Shown one piece after another: positions 53,741 to 64,000 of a DNA stretch of 64,000 nucleotides (position 1 is its first letter; every line of letters begins with the position of its first letter). The notes beneath the pieces are model-generated. The model saw nothing but the letters and a program-made list of their open reading frames with translations. It did not search any database and was not told the DNA's origin. Source of the stretch: Octopus sinensis (lineage: Eukaryota); NCBI RefSeq assembly GCF_006345805.1, contig NC_043012.1, positions 14,012,001 through 14,076,000 on the forward strand, written 5' to 3'. The translations under genes were made by a program, and so were the position numbers.

Positions 53741-55804
53741 TCCAAAATTCTCTTTTTGTCTGGTTCGTATTGCTCTCAATATTTATCTCTGATTGATCAG
53801 AGATTAAATCAAAGTAAAGTTTACATACCTTTTCACCACTTTGAAGACAGCCCGCTTCCTAGTAAACAATGTCATCGTCTAATATAATAATGAGCGTAGA
53901 GTTTTATATATTTGTGTATATATACAAAAAAAATTAAACCAGAATCACGCCGGACGGGGAGGAAGAGAGAGAATAGTAATTCAGTGAAGGAGAAGTAGTG
54001 AGAGGGAGTGAAAGAAAGTAATAGCAATGAGAGAAGGGAAGGGCTGATAGATGAATTAGGAAGAAAAGGATGAAAAAAATCAGCGTTTCAATTGTGTGAG
54101 TATGTGTGTATGTGTGTGCGTGTACAAGGGAAGTATGTGAATGTTTGTATGCGTGATTATCATGTACCTTATTTATATATAAAATACTACAATTATCCCT
54201 CATTATTGGTGGCACGTGGTCCGCTAGATCGACATTAATTTACCAGTAATGTCAAAACATTGTCAAGTTTACATCTCTATTAAGGAAATTAATAGTATAG
54301 TATATAATAAATTTGTTTATTTCCGCAAAGACGAATTTAGATGCTATAGTTTTCGTGTCTCCACATATCTGTGAATAAATTTCACATAAGGTCTTATATA
54401 TATATATATACATATCTCTTTGTTGGACAGAGAAATTTTGTTTTGGTATGGTAGCTTGGTATACGTGTATTTATGATTGTGAATGTGTGTTTATGTGTAT
54501 GTGAATGTATTTCTGTGCTACGTGTCATTAATGCTATATCTAATAATGGTATCTTCGTAAATTATAATCTTAACTCCCGTACTGAGTCCTCTTTGCTTTA
54601 AAGACGGTTTAGCACCATCCATAACCTAAATGCACAATGCCAGTATTATATAGGCACAAAAAAACACAATATTTCTAGATGATATATCGACTGAAAATAT
54701 CCCAGGTGTATAGAAATGAAGCTTGAATTTGGTTTGTGGAACTAATCAGACCAGACTAACAGTATTCTAAGGATTCATTCGGAATTTTATTATATTTGCA
54801 AAAGCTTACAAAACTAAATACGTGTATGAGAACGACAGATGCATTTGTCACAAATTTATAACAGACAGCAATACAAAAATTTACAAGATGAGTGCGAAAA
54901 CTTGCGGCTTTGTGATGGTGTTCGTGTCACGATGATAACGTGTTGTATTCTTGAATCAGAGCAGCACAAATAAATCATTTCACTTTGTTACAGTCTACTC
55001 AGCTGTAAAGTGTAGTGGTGCAGGAGTAGCCTTCTCCGCCCCCAGCGGTTACATCCTGGCTGTCCCTGCTGGTTTGAGTTTGAGGAGGCCGAGAGGATGT
55101 CTACCAGCTCTCTGATATATAAGAATCAAAACCAATTGACAAAAGTACTGTATATGCTACCAACAGAGGTAGAAAGAAGTCAAAATGTTCTACAACACCG
55201 AGCTACAAAATAAAACTTATTATTGTATTGAACCACTTAATACGTGTAAACTGGAATTAATTTGAAAGAACACAAAGGAAATTTCATCCAGAATTCTGAT
55301 CGTAAATTAATAATCCATATAAAACAGTATTATCCATATAAACGGTATCAAATTTTATGAGTACGAGTAAACCAAATACTATTACCATCAGATCAATCAC
55401 AAGCAAAATGCGGCCCCGTTGCAGTCAGAGGCTGCTAGAAACCAACCTAAGATGCAATCCGCTTAAGGCTTGGATAATTACACCATACACTAATTAAGCA
55501 GTATCCAAACCGGGAATTAACGTCAGAGACAATTAATGACGTCATGCACAGAACGTTAACTACCTTTGCCATGACGGTAGCTTGCGTCACCACACTAAAC
55601 AAAATAAATTGGTGTATAAAACCAGTAAATATGCAAAATAAACTAAAGGTTAAACAGAAACCCCTACCCATAAAAACATAGGATTAAACACAACACACCA
55701 CAACGTTATACGCGACAAACGACTAAACGTATGCAAAAGCTTACCTCTTAACCGAAAACTTAATACGGCGACAGAATATGGCTGTTGAACGAAAGATATT
55801 TATA

Positions 55805-56587
55805 TAATTATTTCTACTTTACACACAAGGCCCTGAAAATTTGAGGGAAGGAGACTAGTCGATTCCATCGACTCCATGTTTCACTGGTACTTAATTAATC
55901 GACCCCGAAAAGATGAAACGCGAAGTTGATCTCGGTTAAATTTGAACTCAGAACGTAAATCGCCCGGCTTGCTAACGATTTTACCAGCTCGCCGCCTTAA
56001 AATAATCTTTTCTACTCTAGGCACAAGGCTTGAAATTTTGGGGAAGGGGGCCAGTCAATTAGATCGACCCCAGTACGCAACTGGTACTTAATTTATCGAC
56101 CCCGAAATAATAAAAGCAAAGTTGACCTCGGTAGAATTTGAACTCAGAACGAAAGGACAGACGAAATACCTATTTCTTTACTACCCACAAGGGGCTACAC
56201 AGAGAGGACAAACAAGGACAGACAAACGGATTAAGTCGATAATATCGACTCCAGTGTGTAACTGGTACTTATTTAATCGACCCCGAAAGGATGAAAGGCA
56301 AAGTCGACCTCGGCGGAATTTGAACTCAGAACGTAGCGGCAGACGAAATACCTATTTCTTTACTACCCACAAGGAGCTAAACACAGAGGGGAGAAACAAG
56401 GACAGACAAACGGATTAAGTCGATTTCAATGAGCCTAGTGGGTAACTGGTACTTAATTTATCGACCCCGAAAGGATGCAAGGCGAAGTCGACCTCGGCGG
56501 AATTTGAACTCACAACGTAACGGCAGACGAAATACCACTAAGTATTTCGCCCGGCGTGCTAACGTTTCTGCCAGCTCACCGCCTTAA
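55805..56587 (-). mobile_element. Tandem array of four SINE units (second family)
   Basis: Four repeats of CTGGTACTTA..TCGACCCCGAAA..AATTTGAACTCA; tRNA heads near 56000 and 56585. Confidence 0.85.
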
Positions 56588-57239
56588 ATATCTATATAAT
56601 TACAAAAATTTTAATTATACAAAAGCAAAAATAAAAATAGGCAATCACCTTCGTAGACCATACAACACTCAGAGAGTCACACTACTGTTATATTATACAT
56701 TACACATGTCTGTCAGACATAGAATTGAGCAGGTACCACTTTGCTATAAAGATATTTTTTTGTTAATATTTTATCGTCAATTCACTAAAGATGTTGAACA
56801 TTTTACCATATTACATCCATTTATTGCGAATCCATGTTTTAACTACTATCAGCAGTGTATGCGGGGTTGGGGATGCGAGTGTGCGTGGGCAGCTATTGGC
56901 TGTTGGGTATAAATGCCAATAATATTGCACTGATTTATTATTGCTTGGCTATGTGTAGGCGTGTACTTGGCTCTGCCAATCTCTAGTTATGAAATCACTG
57001 AAAATCTGGTGACATTTACTATCCAGCTAATGAGAAATTTCAATTGTTTTCTTTCTTTCCAAAGATTACGGTGCTCAGATACTGCGAGAGACGAAAGTAG
57101 AACTTAAATATCCCAACCCACGAAATGTGTGTGTGTGTGTCTGTTTGTGTGCGTGTGTGTGTGTGTGTACGTGTGTGTGTGTGTGTGCGTGCGTGTGTGT
57201 TGTACCTGCGTGGAAGTGGATAAGTTTTATTTATATATT

Positions 57240-57420
57240 TTTTACTTGTTTCTGTCATTTCACTGCAGCCATGCTGGGGCACCATCTTGAGTGGTTATAG
57301 TCGCACAAATCGGCCCAGGACTTATTTCTTTTAAGCTTAGTACTCACATTATCGGTCTCTTTTGCGGAATCGCTGTGTTAATGAAACGTAAACACACCGA
57401 CACCGGTCGTCAAGCAGTGA

Positions 57421-57467
<47 letters not shown>

Positions 57468-57870
57468 TCTTTTACTCTTTTACTTGTTTCAGTCATTTGA
57501 CTGCGGCCATGCTGGAGCACCGCCTTTAGTCGAGCAAATCGACCCCGGGACTTATTCTTTGTAAGCCCAGTACTTATTCTATCGGTCTCTTTTGCCGAAC
57601 CGCTAAGTGACGGGGACGTAAACACACCAGCATCGGTTGTCAAGCAATGCTAGAGGGACAAACACAGACACACAAACATATACATACACATACATACATA
57701 TATGTACATATATACGACAGGCTTCTTTCAGTTTCCGTCTACCAAATCCACTCACAAGGCATTGATCGGCCCGAGGCTATAGCAGAAGACACTTGCCGAA
57801 GATGCCACGCAGTGGGACTGAAACCAGAACCATGTCGTTGGTAGGCAAGCTACTTACCACACAGCCACTC
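57240..57870 (-). mobile_element. Full SINE (57466-57870) plus an adjacent 3' fragment, family of 18421-18834
   Basis: Near-identical to the reverse complement of 18421-18834. Confidence 0.9.
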
Positions 57871-57893
57871 CTCTGTGTGTGTGTGTGTGTGTG

Positions 57894-57948
<55 letters not shown>

Positions 57949-58526
57949 CGTGTGTGTGTATGTGTGTATACTTTTATTTTCCATCAACCAAATCCGGTTA
58001 CAAGGCTTTGTTCAGCCCGAGACGATAGTAGAAGACACCTGGCCAAGGTGTCACGCAGTGACTTTATACTCTCGTTGTGTGTGTGCATGTATGTATGTGT
58101 GTGTGGGCGTGTGCTTGTGTGCATGTGTGTATGTACGTATGTATGCATTTGCATATTGAACATGACGTACAAAGTATTTGAAAAATATGAATTATCGACG
58201 TGAAAGTGTTATTGTTTTTAAAACTCGTTCTAGAAGAATTCAGAGAGAAGTGTAATTTTAACCAGCTATATATACAGCCGAACTGTAACCATTTTGATAA
58301 GAACCAATATACGAAATTGTTGCTTCTTCTAAAAATTTATATATACACATATATTCATTTTCCTTTTTACTTTTTCTCTCCACATCTCTCAGGTGTAACT
58401 GTGTGAGAAGAAGCATTTTTTTTCTAATCAGATGGCTCGTAGATCATTGCTATTGCGCGGCAACCTAAACGAAAATACTTCTACTAAAGTCTCGAGCCGA
58501 CCTATGCCCTGAAAGAAATTCGTGAG

Positions 58527-58620
<94 letters not shown>

Positions 58621-58629
58621 GAGAGAGAG

Positions 58630-58698
<69 letters not shown>

Positions 58699-58804
58699 TA
58701 TGTGTGTGCGTGTGTGTTTGAGAGTGTGTGTGTGTGTGTTCGTTATAAGATCTTAAGTCAGAAAGAGCATACCCCTAAAATAAATGGAGGAGGTGTTTAT
58801 TTTT

Positions 58805-59416
58805 CTCTGTGTAGCGTAACAAATTTAGAGAAATACCATTGGGTTAATATCTAGCGAGAACCAAACATATCATCAGTTTCTCTAAGCAATGGCTATTCTC
58901 TTCAAAACATGTTTTTAAAAATACATGAACACTCGTGACAGCTGAAGGAAAATTCCTGTTAAAAAAATTATGGCCGGGTGAGTTACCTCCCTACGCTTGA
59001 TAGCTAGGTTTTCCATTTTTTAGAGTAAAAATTTCTGAAAATGTGGACAATCCCCATGGTTCAGGTAGCCTCCTCGCTCATGTGAGTTTATTAGGATTAT
59101 ATATCTTTCTGCCATACGCAATTTACATAGCTTTGTTCCATCGCGACGGGGTCCACAAGTTTCTAATAATTTCCAACCGATCTTAAATGGTGCATGATCG
59201 TCCTTTAGGCGCCATAAGTATGCTAGAGTGTTGTTGTATTGAGCGACTCCGGCACTCTGAAAGAACACCTGTGATTGTTCAGGTGAAGTTTAAATTTGGA
59301 TTCACAAGATCTGTCATAGATGTTAGTGTGTGTCCCTGCTTTGGCATTGCTGTTACTGTTATTTGTGCTGCTTTTGTTTGAGGGATTGTGGTGCTTTTGT
59401 TTGAGGGATTGTTCGC
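58805..59416 (-). mobile_element. Penelope-like 3' end: GIY-YIG C-terminal remnant plus hammerhead relic (58825-58885)
   Basis: IYDRSCESKFKLHLNNHRCSF..NTTTL..LWRLKDD..IGWKLL..CKL..AERY, the typical PLE endonuclease tail. Confidence 0.75.
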
Positions 59417-59870
59417 CTGAACAATCACAGATGTTCTTTAAGGGTGCTGAAGAGACACAATGCAACACTCGCAGCATACGTATGGCGCCTAAAGGACGAT
59501 CATACGCCTTTTAACATCGGGTGGAAATTACTAGAAATTTGTGGACCCTGTCGCAATGGAACAAAGCTATATGAAATTTGTACGGCAGAAAGATATAGTA
59601 TCCTAATAAACTCACAAAGCCGCGGGGAATTGTCCCCATTTTCGGAAATTTTTACTTCAAAATTGGAAAAACCTAGCTATCAAGCGAAGAGAGGTAACTC
59701 ACCTGGCCATATTTTTTAACAAAAATATTCCTTCATCCGTCACTGGCGATCATGTGCTTTTAAAAACATCTTTTGCAGAGAACAGCTATTGTTTAGAGAA
59801 ATTGATGATACGTCTAGTTCAGGATAGATATTAAACCAATGGTATTTCTCTGAATTTGTTACGTTACACA
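59417..59870 (+). mobile_element. Inverted second copy of the Penelope-like 3' end, with hammerhead relic (59792-59854)
   Basis: Reverse-complement match to 58805-59284, roughly 80% by eye. ORF 59444-59719: TLAAYVWRLKDD..IGWKLL. Confidence 0.75.
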
Positions 59871-59944
59871 TACACACACACACACAAACACACACACATA
59901 CACACACACAAATACACACACATACACACACATACACATACACA

Positions 59945-60020
<76 letters not shown>

Positions 60021-60174
60021 TTCGGAATGGTCATATAAAAACACACGCACTATATATTTGGTGTTATTTTGCTTCAGTGATATTTATTTTTTACATTAAT
60101 CTTAATCTTATTTCGGCCAGAGTTCTTTCGTCACACTCCTGTGACCGCATCAGTGGTCCTTTGTTTTCTTCTTA

Positions 60175-60264
60175 CTTATTTGTGTCTCTCCTTACTAACC
60201 GTCAGCCATTTTGTATTTCTATTGTATGTCTTCATAAAAAATCTTGCACAACAAATATTTAAAC

Positions 60265-60326
<62 letters not shown>

Positions 60327-60625
60327 AAATGTGTTGTTGAAAATGCACCTAAATTTCAAAAACTTGTAAATGTCCAAAATTCATTTATTTACATACAAGC
60401 CAAACTAGTTTCAGCAATATTTTTTGTTTATCAATGGTAAAAGTTTAAAGTTATGAATTAGAAAAACATCTTTAAAAGTTTCGACGTTGACAACATGTTC
60501 AAAACAGATGCATTTAGCATTATGAATTAGGAGGACTTATTTGTGTCTCTCCTTACTAACCGTCAGCCATTTTGTATTCTATTGTATGTCTTCATAAAAA
60601 ATCTTGCACAACAAATATTTAAACG

Positions 60626-60718
<93 letters not shown>

Positions 60719-61250
60719 AGATGTGTTGTTGAAAATGCACCTAAATTTCAAAAACTTGTAAATGTCCAAAATTCATTTATTTACATACAAGCCAAACTAG
60801 TTTCAGCAATATTTTTTGTTTATCAATGGTAAAAGTTTAAAGTTATGAATTAGAAAAACATCTTATCGCAGCTACAGTTTTAATATTATTGACTGCTATG
60901 AACATTCAAACTTGCACCTGTCCTCCTAATTCATAATGCTAAATGCATCTGTTTTGAACATGTTAATTTGTCAACGTCGAAACTTTTAAAGATGTTTTTC
61001 TAATTCATAACTTTAAACTTTAAACTTGTAAATGTCCAAAATTCATTTATTTACATACAAGCCAAACTAGTTTCAGCAATAGTTTTTGTTTATCAATGGT
61101 AAAAGTTTAAAGTTATGAATTAGAAAAACATCTTTAAAAGTTTCGACGTTGACAAATTAACATGTTCAAAACAGATGCATTTAGCATTATGAATTAGGAG
61201 GACAGGTGCAAGTTTGAATGTTCATAGCAGTCAATAATATTAAAACTGTA
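60175..61250. repeat. Complex local duplication / inverted duplication
   Basis: 60175-60536 is repeated at 60537-60863; 60878-61021 is largely the reverse complement of 61105-61250; 61021-61200 is a third partial copy. Confidence 0.85.
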
Positions 61251-62364
61251 TATTAATTCGCTTGAATGTACAAAGTTCAGTAATTTTGTTGGTGGTCGAC
61301 AAGTCATACTGAGTTAAGAGGCAAAAACAAAATAAGGGAGAAATGAAAATAGTAAATAAAAGGGAATTTGTTTTACAGTTTCTCTGATCCTCTTTCCGAA
61401 GACGCTTTTTCTTGTAGTGGTATCTTTTGGGATCAGATGTATTAATAAATTTTTTTCCCGCGAGCGGATCTGATTTTTGATTCGTCAAAATACTGGTCAC
61501 GCTTCTTTGGTGGTCAAGTTTGTCGTTCTGCTTGGTTGGCTTCCCCGTGGAAACGGTCATCAGTCGTTCTGGCTGGTTGGTTCTCATAAAGGCTCATTTC
61601 GTTGTATTTGCTTAAGTTCGGTTTTGGATGAAATGTATACGTTAGTACACTGAAATGCTAAATAATTAATAGTTATAAGTTTTCTCCGGAATACATTCTA
61701 AATTACTATTTTACTAAATAATATCGTATCCGAAGTCATTTATATTTAGTTTTTGCACCCTCAAAAATTTGTTTCATCTCTCAATTTGTCTTCAATATCC
61801 TTAACAGCCCATATTATAATTAAACGACTACTCTATGTCCCCTAACGCTTAGAGGCCCATTTTTCAAATGCATTTTAGTATTGTAGCAAGAGTTCAGTAG
61901 AAAATATCTCCCTACACGACCCCGGCATCCTAATAAATTATTGTTTACTTTAATTGAATATTTGAAAATAAGTTCATCATCTTACTTATTTCGTAGCTCA
62001 CCACAAAAAAAGTTAACAACCACCCTAATGATATCCGTCCATAATGTGGGGTTGTTTTACGTCTAAACATCGCTTGAATGGTGAACATAGGGGCCGGATT
62101 GAAACATATTTAGGATTCTTTTAGATCTATTTCTTTTGTTGATTCTGTTTCTTTAAATCTCAAATCATATATATATTACTTTTTTATCGTGTTACAAATA
62201 AAATTAACTAAGTGATATATTGCAGAACTTTCTCTCAATGTATTTGATAACACCAGTTGATATCCGGATTTTTTTTTAAAAGTCCCTTACAAGGAAATTA
62301 CACCCTCAATTTTGAATTACATATATATATATTTTGAATTATATATATATATATATATATATAT

Positions 62365-62562
62365 AAAGCTCCACGAAGCTCCGGCAGGAGATGGTGACGA
62401 TCCCTGCTGTACTCTTTCGCCACAACTTTCTCTCACGCTTTCTTCTGTTGGCCTGCTCGCTTAGCCAGCGGGGTGGCGTCGTTCGAAGGCTAAAACAATG
62501 CGAAGTGCATTGTGACCAGCGATGTGTAGCAACATCTGATAGCCTGGTCGGTCACGGTGATA
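62365..62562 (+). mobile_element. 5'-truncated SINE related to 897-1271; a separate SINE head lies at ~62770-62882 (minus)
   Basis: AAAGCTCC...CTGCTGTACTCTTT block shared with the 897-1271 element. Confidence 0.7.
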
Positions 62563-62590
62563 TCCATACATACATACATACATACATACA

Positions 62591-62682
<92 letters not shown>

Positions 62683-63867
62683 CAATACACTCTCCCGTGC
62701 CGAACAATCATGCAGATGATTTGTTTATAATGATATGATATTAGTACACATGTCAAATTACGAAATGATCGCAGAAATGAAATGTTTTGCTCAAGAACAC
62801 AATGCAGTCCCTGGTCTGGGAATCGAACTCACGATCTCGCAATCGTGATTGCAATACCCTAACCCCTAAGATATGCGCCTTCACAATATATATACGTGGT
62901 TGCATGTGTGTGCGTGCGTGTGTGTAGGTGTGTGTTTTTGCATATGTGCGAGTGCGTTTCTGTGTCTGTGTGTGTATTATCACTTAGCTGTCTATAAACC
63001 ATAAGATAGAAAATAAAACAAAATCAAGATGGTTACACTTTTACACATTCTTGAGTAATATAGCACTTGTTATGGCATATAACTGATGTTACCGTCGCTT
63101 TTGCGCCGACTATCGCAGCTACAGATTTTGATGAGTCTCTGCATAGCCTCTTTTATGATATATCTATCCTCTGGGGCAACAATTTTCCCATTTTGTCTGT
63201 TTGTGCCATGAGAAATAAACAGACTTTACTATTACCTATCCTCTAGTTTATAAAATGAATATCACTTGTAACGGTTTAGCTATCATATGATTAATTACTT
63301 TTGTGTGTGAACGGACTTCATGTGTATGAATCAAATAGCTGTAGAGAAGATTTGGTGTACATTCAATGTGAATTATAGTAAATTATATTAAAGTATATAA
63401 AGCATCACATACCTGAAAATGAAACTACGTATTCTGCCATAATGAGATGGTAGACCAGAACTCAGGTGTATGGCACAGTATGTTAATGTATCATAAATAT
63501 GACATTAACTAAATTCAAAGGGCTACATTAATTAGGATAGGCTGGGATGATGACGTTATCATTTCTCACATAAAATTACGCAATAATCAAATGATTACAG
63601 GACATTAATTAATAATAACATTTAAGGAGTTTATTCTAAACGTTATAAATGCAAATCGCTTTGTCATTTAATTTCCTAAACCTTGTAGTAGGTCTAGAGA
63701 ATAGCTATAACTATCTACAAAGAGGAACGTGAAGCAAGCATATATTAACATCTAAAATCCAGAAATATAACAATCTACGTCAGAAACTCTAAAAATGTAA
63801 ACTTTCCAGTTTAAACTTTTGTTTCCCAGAATATAGGAACTAATTCAACTAGACATTATACGCTAGA

Positions 63868-64000
63868 CTAGCTATTTTGAACCGTGCTTCGCTTGGGTTT
63901 TGGTGGTAATTGCAACCTAATGGTAGCCCCGCCTCACACCATTTCCCACCCCATTTTACCCCTAGTGTAAATTTTGGCGCCAATCCGACCCCATCTACCA
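63868..64000 (-). mobile_element. Lep1-like Helitron 3' end, cut by the window edge
   Basis: ACTAG followed by a degenerate hairpin; block shared with 48112-48285. Confidence 0.5.

Noticed and set aside
61370-61620. Acceptor-like site, a 115-aa minus ORF and a CTGATGA-ccg..cgg-GGAA string
   Set aside because: No protein motif; the HHR-like string lacks GAAA and helix I.

Overview
This is 64 kb of very AT-rich, microsatellite-dense eukaryotic DNA. Its SINE and LINE content points to a coleoid cephalopod, most likely Octopus (inference). I cannot support any host protein-coding gene: nearly all ORFs in the track are microsatellite read-throughs or decayed transposon fragments. Recognisable elements include four Tc1/mariner lineages (two DD34D mariner families, DD37D, DD41D) and RLE-type R4/Dong LINE relics embedded in (AAT)n. 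Also present are a rearranged L1/Tx1 fragment, Penelope-like (PLE) RT and GIY-YIG relics, Lep1-like non-autonomous Helitrons and many tRNA-derived SINEs. The most striking signal is invisible in the ORF track: a dense set of type I hammerhead ribozyme (HHR) motifs. Five have intact catalytic cores (11695-11775, 38763-38838, 39087-39162, 41291-41374, 43673-43760), each with a palindromic helix III. There is also one minimal motif, a CUGUNGA core-variant family and several relics. They sit in short non-coding repeats whose 3' tails mostly abut (TA)n, sometimes in tandem (about 530-bp unit, retrozyme-like) or as divergent inverted pairs (PLE-like). All folds were read by eye; none was computed or tested.
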